Of a stretch of 64,000 nucleotides of DNA, positions 29,338-39,500 are shown one piece after another. The position numbers and the translations under genes were made by a program. The stretch's first letter is position 1. Every line of letters begins with the position of its first letter. The DNA is from an uncultured virus (IMG/VR IMGVR_UViG_3300030339_000027) (taxonomy: Duplodnaviria > Heunggongvirae > Uroviricota > Caudoviricetes): IMG/VR virus record IMGVR_UViG_3300030339_000027, one strand, 5' to 3'. Under the pieces are notes generated by a model, which was not told where the DNA came from, did no database searches, and was given only the letters and a program-made list of their open reading frames with translations.

Positions 29338-29936
29338 TAACAATAGAAGTTAACGATAAAGTCTATAAAGTAGAAGTGGCTCAAACAGATGAAGAAAAAG
29401 AAAAGGGATTACAAAATGTACAAAGTCTCCCAGAAGATGAAGGATTACTATTTGATTATGGTGAACCACAATCTGTGTCTTTTTGGATGGACCAGACTTT
29501 AATTCCCCTGGATATCATCTTTATTGATGAGTATGGAGAAGTAATATCAGTAATAGAAGGAAAACCAAATGATAGAACTCCTATTACAGAGGAAAACGTA
29601 TGTTATGTATTGGAATTAAATGCAGGATCAGGTGTTAGTAAAGGAGATGATGTAGATCTTTCTGAATTAGAAGAGGATTATCAAGACGAAGAAGATGAAG
29701 AAACTGCAGAACCTACACCTAATAAAATGCATGTATTAACTGAGAATGGGGAATCTCAGATGGAATTGGACGGTGGAGAAAGAATCTTTTCTAGAATTCA
29801 CACTAGAAAATTAATATCTCTCTCAAAAAAAGCTACTAAATCTAAGAAAGATTCAGATTATAAAAAATTAGGTAAAAAAGTTTTCGATTATATTGACAAA
29901 CAAAATACTCAGAAACAGGAATTCACGCAAGTATAA
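29334..29936 (+). CDS. DUF192-domain protein with acidic linker and extra C-terminal domain
   Basis: VEVAQTDEEKEKGL, GLLFDY, FWMDQTLIPLDIIFID and YVLELNAG are DUF192 signature segments. Confidence 0.85.
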   Translation: MITIEVNDKVYKVEVAQTDEEKEKGLQNVQSLPEDEGLLFDYGEPQSVSFWMDQTLIPLDIIFIDEYGEVISVIEGKPNDRTPITEENVCYVLELNAGSGVSKGDDVDLSELEEDYQDEEDEETAEPTPNKMHVLTENGESQMELDGGERIFSRIHTRKLISLSKKATKSKKDSDYKKLGKKVFDYIDKQNTQKQEFTQV

Positions 29937-29941
29937 ACGAG

Positions 29942-29970
29942 AAAAGCCGGAGACTTTACTCCGGCTTATT
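29942..29970. terminator. Intrinsic terminator, probably bidirectional
   Basis: AAGCCGGAG-ACTTTA-CTCCGGCTT perfect 9-bp stem, AAAA on the left and TTATT on the right. Confidence 0.75.
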
Positions 29971-30064
29971 GCTTTGAGATATTTAAATGGGTTAAAGAGA
30001 GTCTATTAAGACATACCTACTTTCTGTTTTGTAAACTCAAAGTCTATACCACAAATATAAGTAT

Positions 30065-30090
30065 TATTTTCAAGTAACCTCTTGAAAATA
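30065..30090. promoter_or_regulatory. Perfect 10-bp inverted repeat, possible operator
   Basis: TATTTTCAAG-TAACCT-CTTGAAAATA, lying between two divergent TAnnTTTG elements. Confidence 0.45.
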
Positions 30091-30103
30091 TTATTTATTT
30101 ACT

Positions 30104-30135
30104 ATTGTACTTTACCAAAAATTTGAGTACTTTTG
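30104..30135 (+). promoter_or_regulatory. Bacteroidota-type promoter for the cargo/giant-protein operon
   Basis: ATTG at 30104-30107, 20-nt spacer, TACTTTTG at 30128-30135. Confidence 0.6.
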
Positions 30136-30181
30136 GCATCGTATATATACAACAGAATGTTTAATTAAACTATTATTTACT

Positions 30182-30613
30182 ATGAAATTTAAAGTCAAGT
30201 ATTTACAAGAAGGAGGCCCAGTTGCCCCAGAACAAGGTGGAGCACCTGCTGCACCAGAACAAGGTGGAGCTCCCGCAGAAGGCGGGGCACCAGCTGAAGG
30301 AGGTGGTGGACAAGATCCTCTAATGCAAATTGCAGAAATGTTTTCACAAGCACTACAATCACAAGATTGCGCAGCGTTATCACAAGGAGCTCAAATGTTT
30401 CTACAGTTGATTTCTCAAGCACAAGGTGGTGGCGCAGGCGGAGCACAAGGTGGAGCACCTCCAGAACAACCAGTCTATATGAAAAAAGGTGGAAAATTTG
30501 TTCTAAAAGGTAAAAAACCCGGAAAATTTACTAAGTTCCAAGATGACGGAACTAAAGGGGCCAATTCTACAGAAATGGAGAAAAAAGGTGGTAAAATGAG
30601 CAAAAAATGCTAA
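30182..30613 (+). CDS. Small low-complexity internal virion protein
   Basis: PEQGGAP/AEGGAP repeats, a central helix (DPLMQIAEMFSQALQSQDCAALSQGAQMFLQLI) and KKGGK motifs. Confidence 0.65.
   Translation: MKFKVKYLQEGGPVAPEQGGAPAAPEQGGAPAEGGAPAEGGGGQDPLMQIAEMFSQALQSQDCAALSQGAQMFLQLISQAQGGGAGGAQGGAPPEQPVYMKKGGKFVLKGKKPGKFTKFQDDGTKGANSTEMEKKGGKMSKKC
30227..30310 (+). repeat. Degenerate coding tandem repeat (PEQGGAP/AEGGAP x4)
   Basis: CCAGAACAAGGTGGAGC occurs twice, followed by two diverged units. Confidence 0.7.
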
Positions 30614-30626
30614 TTATTAAAACAAG

Positions 30627-30660
30627 GAAAGAGAGCAGGGAAATATCTCTGCTTTTTTTC
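30627..30660 (+). terminator. Intrinsic terminator/attenuator
   Basis: GAGAGCAGGGA-AATA-TCTCTGCTTTTTTT. Confidence 0.75.
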
Positions 30661-30678
30661 TATTAAATTAATTTCACT

Positions 30679-33600
30679 ATGGGACAAGTACCAAAAAATA
30701 TAATATATGCTGAAGCCGGGACTAAATTAACTTTTAATGTTAATGGAAAGGATGTTGCTTTAGATAAAGAAGCAGTTGAAGCTGCAGGAGCACAGAGTTT
30801 TGATGAATTGGTAAAAGCAGGAGAATTGACTGAGAGGGATCGTCCTTCTTTTATGAAAACTGTTGGAAATTTTTCTTCACAAGCTCAAACTGGTAAATAT
30901 AAATTAAATACAGCAGGACCATCTTCTCTTATATCTATGGATTATGAAGGCCCTACTACTAATGCATTAATGGGAAAAACAGAAACTGGAGAAGCTTCTG
31001 AGAGAACCGCTGCTGGCAGATTTCTTTCTAAAAGACTTAAAAATGATGAGGCTAGCCATATGGGTAGACTTAATACTATTTTAGGCACTAAGATAGGCGC
31101 AATGGCATTAGGAGAACAAGAAAAAACTAATAAAGCTGAGGAAGCTACAAAAGTTAAAGCTGATTTACAAGCTAAAACTGCAGCTGATGCAGAAATTACA
31201 AAATATGCAGGAAAACCTCAACAATTTGCTGAGTATATGAATGCAAAATTAGGAGGTGGTCATAATGATGCTGTTGTTGCAGCAATGTCTCCTGATGAAA
31301 AATTAAGACATGCCAAAGAATATTTTGAAACTGTTTATCCTCAAGTGGGTAAATATGAAAAAAGTAAAGGCATTGATTTCTCAGAAATTGAAAAAAGTAA
31401 GAAACCTGATGGAACCTATGATTACAATTCAGATTTCTTTACCAACTTTTATGGTAGATTATATGAGGATGAGGGTAGAAAACAAATGCAAGATTATTTT
31501 GGAATCTCTCCAGTTCAAAAAGAACAAGAGACTCAAGATTTACTTAAAAAAGCCACAGAAGAAGCAGATGCAAATGCAGCAACAGCTAATCCTAATTATC
31601 ATGCAGTTGGAGAAAATTTAGTAAGTAAATCTCCCCGTATTAATATAGGAGGTTTAAATTATCATGCAGTACTTTCTAAGGATCCTAAAACAGGCAAACA
31701 ATCTTTAGAGTATGTAAGTCTCCCTGAAAATTTAGCTAGTGCTAAACATGATGCAATGTATACAGAATTAAAATCTGCTAAACGTATTCAAACTACACCG
31801 GGAGCTAATGGGGAAATCTTATTAAGAATGGATGGCAAATTATATCATATTCCAAAAGTAGGAGAAAATATTAAAGCAAGGCCTTCTGAAACATTTACAG
31901 GAGAAAGTCCAATTAAAACTGATATAACACAGTTAGTTCCTAGTTTAAAAAATTTTAGTTTAAACCCAACTAATGCTAATATTGCTAAACCTACAAAAAA
32001 ATATACACGCACAGAAGATCCAGTTAATAAATGGTTGCATTCTGCAATAGGGATGGATAAAGATGGGGGAGTTATTACCTTACAAGCAGGTGGTGTTTTT
32101 GAAAATAATATTCAAAAAAGACTTGCTGAAGAAGATGCTTATGAAGCAACTTTAAATAAACCTGAAACTACAACATCTCCAGAAACTTCTCCAGCAGCAC
32201 AAGTAATTGCTAGTACAAAAGGAAAGACTTTACCAGGAGTAAAAGGAAAAGGAGCTCCTACTATTAAAGATTTATATGGAGCAGCTACTGATGATAATGT
32301 AGAATTATCTGAGGCAGATAAACTAGATGCAGGAGCATTAGCCAGTGACTTTGCAGGTCTTGTTATAGGACTTACAGCAGGTGGAATAGGTGGATCTGCA
32401 GTATCATCTGGTTTAGGATTAGCCTCTACTATTGCTACTGCTAAAGCTGATTATTTAAGGGATGGTACTTTTGGTATGGATGATCTTATTAAAACGGGTC
32501 TATCTTTAACAGCTGATGCTGCCACTTTATTTCCTTATTTAGGAGAAGGAGCTCAATCTTTAAAAATTGTACAACATCTTCCCAAAGTTGCTAAACTTTT
32601 AAAATATGCTGGTTATGCAGGATTAGGAGCAGGAGCTTTGCAATTAGCTGATAAAATTCAATCTGGAGAAAAATCTATTACAGACTTAGATACTAATGAT
32701 TTAAAATTAATTATTGGTGGTTTAAGAATGGCTTCTGCTGGAACTAGTATGGGAAAAACTGTTAAAAGTCAACCTGTAGAAGAGTTTGAGGGAAGAGTTA
32801 TAAATCCTGCAGGACAAGAAGTTCCAGCTACTTTTAAAAGAGTTGGAGATAGTTTTGTAACAGCTGATGAGGCTTTAAAAGATATGAAACCTGTGATGGA
32901 AAAAACTAAATTTGGTTTAGGTAAACCTAGAATTGCAGGAAGTGCTGCTAGTGAAGTAAAAGTAACTCCAGAAGAAACAGAATCCTCTTCTTTCTTAGGA
33001 AGAAAAGCTATGGAAAGAAGGAATACTATGAGGACTGGTTTGAATAAAGAAGATAAAGCTAAAGAAATTGAATCTTTAATGCAGACTCAAAAAGCTAAAG
33101 ATTTAGAAGCAATGACTACTAGAAAAGCAAAAAGTGCAGAAGGAGAAGCTCTTAAAAAAGAACCACCTAAAACACCTATCCCTACTATTATTAGAAGTAA
33201 TAAACGTGTTCCTCCTGTAGATAAAACGCCTATTACACCAGCACCTACTAGAGAAAATATTTTACAAGATATTTCTAAACAACCATTATCTCCTAAAGTA
33301 CAACAAATATTAGATAGAGTATCAGTACCAGTTCCTACCACTTCATCTGTGAATAAACCTACAGTGAAAGTTCCTAGAGTTAGTCCTGGTTCTAAAAAAG
33401 AGTGGGAAGCTGCAAAACAGTCTGAAAAAGAAACTGTTAAAATGCATAAAGCAGAAAGAAAAGGAATTAAAAACAAAACAATAGCTCCTAGACATCAAGA
33501 TTCTACATTAGCTTCTATTAATAGAAAATATCATAAAGGTGGTATCTTATATGCACAAGCTGGTACTACATTAGGAATGCAGTATGATCCAGAATCAGAT

Positions 33601-34773
33601 TATATAACACCAGGAACTGGAAAGTCTAATTTTATAATGAATACTTTAATTCCTAAATTAGCAGGATTTTCTATTAAACAACCTTTAAATACTAAAACTC
33701 CAGACACCTTACTAGAATCTACAGCAAGAACTAGAAGGGCCACAGCAAATGGTGGATTCCCAACTTTAATGCAACAAAGATTAACACCTCAACCGATTGT
33801 ATCACATCCAGTTATACCAACAAAAAGTAGTGCTTTAGTGCAACCAAGTTCTGGGGGTTTAGGTAATTTAAAAGTAAATCTTAATAATAAATCTGCTATA
33901 CAAGCAGCAGAAGCTATGAGAGTACTACTTTTAAATAAAAAAATAGGTCAGAGAGACACAAGAGTAGAAGCTCCTTTAGTATCAGCACCAGCCGAGGTAG
34001 CAATGCCTGTGAGAGGTGATATGTTAACAGAAGCTGCTTTTGAGCAACAAGCCAATCAAATTAGAGGAAGTTATAGACCTACTTCAGATGCTACTAGAAA
34101 TTTAGCAGAACGTTCTTCTTTAGAACAACAAGCTGGACAACGAATGGCACAAGGAGTTGCAGCTGATGCACAAGCTAGACAAACTTCTCAAGGTAGATCT
34201 ATAGAAAATCTACTAAGAAATAATGAATTAAGATCTAGAACAACTGGTCAAAATACAGAGAGTTTAGCTAGAGCAGTACAAGGACAAAGACAAGCAGAAA
34301 TTGCAAAAGGAGAAGAACAGACTGCAAATACAGATACTCTTTTGGCTTCTCAAATAACTGATAAGAAAAGTGAGATGCAACAAAAAGAGGGAATCATTAA
34401 AAAGATGAAGATGGATCAACTCCAAAGGACTCTTGATATGTCCCCTGAATTTAGAGGATTACAACAACAATATTATCAAGAAAGTTTAAAGGGACAAGTT
34501 TCTCCTGAAACTCAAGCACGTTATGATAGATACCAACAAGCATTAGATAGAGGTACTAGCCAAGTTTATGGTTTACCTACATTTAAAACTGGAGGTTCTA
34601 CTGATGAAGTAGCCAAGTATGAAATGGATATGTATAAAGAAAGAAAAAAAGATAATAAAGAAGTAAATCAAATTTCTAATAAGTGGAAAGAAAAAGTTTC
34701 TGATAAAAAACAAGATATCTCTGTTAAAGTTTCTAAAGAACTCACAGATTTTATCGCAAAAATTTTGAAATAA
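30679..34773 (+). CDS. Large internal cargo (ejection) protein with putative transmembrane segments
   Basis: 1364 aa; Gly/Ala-rich hydrophobic block (DFAGLVIGLTAGGIGGSAVSSGLGLASTIA), Pro-rich linker and Gln/Ala-rich coiled-coil tail. Confidence 0.6.
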   Translation: MGQVPKNIIYAEAGTKLTFNVNGKDVALDKEAVEAAGAQSFDELVKAGELTERDRPSFMKTVGNFSSQAQTGKYKLNTAGPSSLISMDYEGPTTNALMGKTETGEASERTAAGRFLSKRLKNDEASHMGRLNTILGTKIGAMALGEQEKTNKAEEATKVKADLQAKTAADAEITKYAGKPQQFAEYMNAKLGGGHNDAVVAAMSPDEKLRHAKEYFETVYPQVGKYEKSKGIDFSEIEKSKKPDGTYDYNSDFFTNFYGRLYEDEGRKQMQDYFGISPVQKEQETQDLLKKATEEADANAATANPNYHAVGENLVSKSPRINIGGLNYHAVLSKDPKTGKQSLEYVSLPENLASAKHDAMYTELKSAKRIQTTPGANGEILLRMDGKLYHIPKVGENIKARPSETFTGESPIKTDITQLVPSLKNFSLNPTNANIAKPTKKYTRTEDPVNKWLHSAIGMDKDGGVITLQAGGVFENNIQKRLAEEDAYEATLNKPETTTSPETSPAAQVIASTKGKTLPGVKGKGAPTIKDLYGAATDDNVELSEADKLDAGALASDFAGLVIGLTAGGIGGSAVSSGLGLASTIATAKADYLRDGTFGMDDLIKTGLSLTADAATLFPYLGEGAQSLKIVQHLPKVAKLLKYAGYAGLGAGALQLADKIQSGEKSITDLDTNDLKLIIGGLRMASAGTSMGKTVKSQPVEEFEGRVINPAGQEVPATFKRVGDSFVTADEALKDMKPVMEKTKFGLGKPRIAGSAASEVKVTPEETESSSFLGRKAMERRNTMRTGLNKEDKAKEIESLMQTQKAKDLEAMTTRKAKSAEGEALKKEPPKTPIPTIIRSNKRVPPVDKTPITPAPTRENILQDISKQPLSPKVQQILDRVSVPVPTTSSVNKPTVKVPRVSPGSKKEWEAAKQSEKETVKMHKAERKGIKNKTIAPRHQDSTLASINRKYHKGGILYAQAGTTLGMQYDPESDYITPGTGKSNFIMNTLIPKLAGFSIKQPLNTKTPDTLLESTARTRRATANGGFPTLMQQRLTPQPIVSHPVIPTKSSALVQPSSGGLGNLKVNLNNKSAIQAAEAMRVLLLNKKIGQRDTRVEAPLVSAPAEVAMPVRGDMLTEAAFEQQANQIRGSYRPTSDATRNLAERSSLEQQAGQRMAQGVAADAQARQTSQGRSIENLLRNNELRSRTTGQNTESLARAVQGQRQAEIAKGEEQTANTDTLLASQITDKKSEMQQKEGIIKKMKMDQLQRTLDMSPEFRGLQQQYYQESLKGQVSPETQARYDRYQQALDRGTSQVYGLPTFKTGGSTDEVAKYEMDMYKERKKDNKEVNQISNKWKEKVSDKKQDISVKVSKELTDFIAKILK

Positions 34774-36591
34774 ATGAGAATAAATATACAGAAATTACAA
34801 GCAGGAGGAGGTCTATTAACTTATAGACCAACTCCTTCCTTTCAGCAACAAGAAGCTCCTCCTGCTCCTCCAGCAGAAGCTCCAATCAGTGATGATCTAT
34901 TAGATAAGATGGTAGGAGCTGGTATCACTAATGATGTTATGGAATATGCTAATGAGGTCAATGCAAAATTTAATGCTTATAGTACAATGCCTGAGTCATT
35001 AAGAAATTCTAGTGTGGGACGTACCATCAGACAGAGTTTAAAGGGAGATAGAGGAAGACTAAATGAAATTCTTAGGTCTAAAAAATACTTTGATGATACT
35101 ATTGAAACTAAGAAAAAGGCTATGTCAGAGTACGCTATTAAAGATGGCCAAGTACTTGTAAAAGATGCTGATAATAATATAGCCAATATGTCTTTAGCCC
35201 AATACTCTCAAAATCTTCAAAGTGAAGAACCTAAATATAAAGCAATGACTAATGATGAGTTAAGAATTGCTAGAGAAACTGATCCCAGATTTGCTGGTAA
35301 TAACACATTAATTGATATACTCTCCCATGCTACATCTACAGATGAAGTTACTGAAAGAGTTAGGAAAGCTTTAACTGATATAGGTAGTTTTACTAAAGGT
35401 CAAGCAGATGTATCTTATGAGCAACAGCAGATAGCAGATGGAGCCAATGCAGCTCTTAATAAAGGACTATCTTACGTTAAAACATCAGAGGGTGAATTTA
35501 AGCAATCTAACGCTGAGAATTTAAAAAGAGCTGGTAATGCTATGTGGGCTAATTTGGATCCAGATTCTAAGGATTTACTTAGAATGAAAGTAGTTCAAAC
35601 TAATTTGTATAAACCTGAACAAATAGAGAGCGCGGCAATGGGATTAGCGTTATCTTTGTTGCACCCAAAAGAAACCGAAATAGACAAATCAACTTCTGGG
35701 GAAGGTAAACCTGGTACTACTAAAACTGGTGGTGCAGGTTCTGCTAATAAAGCAATCTTAGGATATTGGAAAGCTTCCGTTACGGGAGAAGGAGTTCCTG
35801 AAGAAATTTCTGTATTAAATGGAGATAGTAATAGAGTAGTGATGAAGGGTTGGACTATGGGACCTATGGAGACTGATAAAAAAATGCTAAAAGGTCCAAC
35901 AAGTATTGATAAAATTCCTGAATTAGGAAGTATTGGTGAGATGAATAGTGTATACTTCGGTGATAAACGAGTAGATTCAAGTAAATTTGATTCAGTTATA
36001 TATGATAATACTAAACCAGCTATAGTCATGATGCCTTTTAAAGAACAGGATGATGGAAGCATTATGCCAGACTTAGAAAGAGCTAGTGATTTAGAAGATG
36101 CTCAACAAATCATCAAAAAACAAAATATTACATCACCAGAGATTAAAAAAGAAATTTACAGACAGCATAATTTTAATAGTTTTGATAGTAAAGGAGAACC
36201 TACACAAGATGTAGAAGTAAGACCTTTCTTTACTTTCTCTGCTTTTTCAAATTCTAATGCTATTGAAGGAGATTCTAAATGGTTTAGTCCAAAAGATGAT
36301 AGATATGATTGGTATAAAAAACAATTCGAAGAAGGTCCTAAAAAGACGGTTTCCTCTTCTTATTTTGACACCTCAATGTTTGCAGGATGGGCTAAACCAG
36401 ATGTATTAAAAGGAATGATTTATATACCAGTAAGAAAGGGAGCTGCATTCCTCTCAAATTATGCAGATCAAACAGAAGTTAAATTGCCTACTGAATTTGA
36501 AACAAATGAAGCATACGCAGGAAGCAAAAGAGCAGCTCCTGAATTTAGACAATTAGACAAAAAAACAAACTTAAGTTCAAGCACATTATAA
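34774..36591 (+). CDS. Internal cargo protein
   Basis: 605 aa, abuts the previous stop, begins with the KLQAGG motif shared with neighbouring proteins. Confidence 0.55.
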   Translation: MRINIQKLQAGGGLLTYRPTPSFQQQEAPPAPPAEAPISDDLLDKMVGAGITNDVMEYANEVNAKFNAYSTMPESLRNSSVGRTIRQSLKGDRGRLNEILRSKKYFDDTIETKKKAMSEYAIKDGQVLVKDADNNIANMSLAQYSQNLQSEEPKYKAMTNDELRIARETDPRFAGNNTLIDILSHATSTDEVTERVRKALTDIGSFTKGQADVSYEQQQIADGANAALNKGLSYVKTSEGEFKQSNAENLKRAGNAMWANLDPDSKDLLRMKVVQTNLYKPEQIESAAMGLALSLLHPKETEIDKSTSGEGKPGTTKTGGAGSANKAILGYWKASVTGEGVPEEISVLNGDSNRVVMKGWTMGPMETDKKMLKGPTSIDKIPELGSIGEMNSVYFGDKRVDSSKFDSVIYDNTKPAIVMMPFKEQDDGSIMPDLERASDLEDAQQIIKKQNITSPEIKKEIYRQHNFNSFDSKGEPTQDVEVRPFFTFSAFSNSNAIEGDSKWFSPKDDRYDWYKKQFEEGPKKTVSSSYFDTSMFAGWAKPDVLKGMIYIPVRKGAAFLSNYADQTEVKLPTEFETNEAYAGSKRAAPEFRQLDKKTNLSSSTL

Positions 36592-36592
36592 T

Positions 36593-39500
36593 ATGGAAAA
36601 TACTAAAGATACCAATGATTGGGTAGCCGCTAATTTAGCATTACCTGGAGCTCCTATAGAGGAATTTAAACAGAATAATATCACTCCAGAGAATACTACT
36701 TTAAAAGACAAAGACTTCTATAAAGGGACAAAAACAATACAAGAAACTTTCACTAATCCCGAGAATGGTAAATTTGATGATGATAAATACAATCAATTTT
36801 ATAATTCTATGCTATTCACTTATAATGAATATGCTAATCAAGATGCAGTAGGTAAAGCAGATAAAGACTTTGACTACGCACCCTTTGACATGTTTGCACC
36901 GCAAAATGCCAAAAGAGTACAGGATTTATATAAAATAGAAAAAGTAAGAAATCCTTTTAAAACAAAAGTTGGTATTGAGGATTTTAATTATAAAAGTAAA
37001 CCCGCACTTTCTTTAGAGGAAATAGCTCAGGATAATAATGTTAGAGACCATCTTACTGGAAAAGTATTAGATTGGACTCCTAATGATGATAGTGCCACAG
37101 GTATTTTTGATTTTCTAAAAAGACCTACTTTAGTAGTGGGGCAATATGATGAAGATGGGGAACACTATGATGAGTTTGAAGGAAGAAAAATTAAACACAG
37201 AAAAGGCGATTATAAATTAGATGCAGATGGTAAACCTTATTTTGAAACTTTAGGAGATAGAGAAGTTTATAATAGAGAAGTTTTAAATTGGTCTGATACT
37301 CTAACAAAAGAAGGTACTTGGTTAAATAAGTATGACTTCATGGATTCAGATGGTTTAGATAAATCTCATATTGGCAGTGTTATGAAAATGGCTGCCAAAG
37401 TAACTCCTTTATTCATACCTGGCGTGGGTGAAATTTATGCTGCTGGTATTTTAGGAGTAGATTTAATGAATGTAGTCCCAATTCTATTAAAAGCTGGAAT
37501 AGGTTCTGTAATTGGAGATAGAGATACTGATAAAGATTACTGGAAAACAATGAATAAAGTACAAGGAGTTGGTAAAACTCTCTCTGCTAATTCTGTTTCA
37601 GATTACGCTAAAACCAGTACATTTTCTTTTGAGAATATAAGTTCTATGTTGGGTGATGTATTTACACAATTATACACACAAAGAGCTATAGCCTCTATTC
37701 CTAAATATATAGGAATGAATAAAGCTAGTGTAGAACCTTTAAAAGAAGTAGCTGAGCATTTTGATGATGCTACTATAGCTAAAATATTTGAGGGGTCTCT
37801 TACCACTGGTGAACGTCATATGATACTTGAAAAAGTACCAGAAGCTGCTAATTACATTGATAGGGCAGTTAAATCTGCTAAGTTATCTAGAGCACTAGCT
37901 ACAACTTATATGTCAGCTACGTCGGCTGCAGGTGTCGCAGATCAAGCCAAAGCAATAGGTCTTGATGAGAGAGACACAGGTCTTTTATATTTAGGAACTT
38001 CTTTAGGCTTTTTTGGTATGATGACTTCATTGCCAATTGGAGAATGGGCTTTGAAAGGAATTGGTCTTGAAGAAACTGGTTTATTAGTTAATAGAGGTAT
38101 TAAAGATGCTGCACAACCTTTTGTAGAGGATCTTAAGAAACTAGGTAGTACTATGGTAAAAACACCAAGAGATTTTCAAAAAATCTTTAAAATAGGTAAA
38201 GCCATTGGTGATGCTGTAGGAAAAAAACTTAGTCATGTGGATGGTTATTTAGGAGCTATGGCTTCTGAGGGAACAGAAGAAGTCACAGAACAAGTTATGC
38301 AAGATTCTATTACTAATATTTATAATGGATTAGCTTCCTTAGGAATAACTTCAACTCAAGATCCTAAAAAACAGTTTACTTACGGAGATACCTCTGATAT
38401 AGTTGCAAACTATGCCATGAACTTTTTTGGTGGTGTAGCAGGTGGAGCTATGTTTAGATTTCATGATCAAATTGCAAATGGCAGTAGAGAAAATGATGAA
38501 TCTACTAAAGATATTTACTGGTTAATTAGAAATGGTTATAAAGATAAATTAGATGCTGCTACTAATAAATTAATTCAAAAGGGATACTTTGGAAGTACTA
38601 CATTAACAGCTGAACAGGTAGATATAGATCTTCCAGGAGCTGGGAGAAAGACAGTTATGCGTCCTAAAAGAGATGGTGATTTATCTCAAAATGAAGTTAT
38701 AGGTAGAACTATGTTGGGGCTATTTAATAATGTCCAGAATCAAATATTTCAAGAAGGAATTCAACCTGATAGTGCTCTTACCAGAGTGCTTGATGCTAGA
38801 TACGATTTAATAGTAAAAGATTTAAAAGTGAATAGTTCTCTTTATGAGGACCATACTGCTCTTGTAAATGATATTTTAGGATTAAATAATGATATTGCTA
38901 AAGCTTTAGCAGTTCCAGCAGATTTAAACTCTCCTGAATCAACTGTATTAGCTACTGCAGAATCTGTAAATGCTATGCAGATAAAATTAGCAGAAAAAAG
39001 AGAAGCTTTAAAGTTGATTACTTCAGGAGAGGCCTTTCCCTCATATCAAAGCCAGGCTTTATTTAATATGAGTCAGGTACTTAATGGTGCTTTTGGAAAT
39101 ACATCTGCTGATGATTTAGCTTGGAATAAATATAAAAAACATTATAGAGGACTTAATGAAACTGAGAAGAAAGACATTGATGAAGAATATGTTGCTTGGA
39201 AAGCTGCTAATAAAAAAGATGCACTTAAATCGGGTTATCGTACATTTAATTTTCTTAATGAAAAATTCTCTCCTAGATTAGCAGAACTAGCTAAATATGC
39301 AGAACAAAGAAAAGGACACTATACATTAGTAGATGAATTAGGTAATAAAAATAAGTTTAATCTCTCTGCAAATACATTAGCTGAGATTAGCAAATCTAAA
39401 AGTTATTTAGGTAAAACTTTAACTGTTAGTGAAGCATTAAATGATGCTATTAAAGGAAAAAAAGATGTTAATTCTATTTTAAAAGCAGTGGATGATATTA

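Noticed and set aside
30590..30700. C-terminal Cys of the 143-aa protein (MSKKC*), and also GFKYC* at 18188, as further chain links
   Set aside because: The following genes do not begin with a Cys-containing N-terminus, and a terminator separates 30613 from 30679, so the paired pattern is not met.
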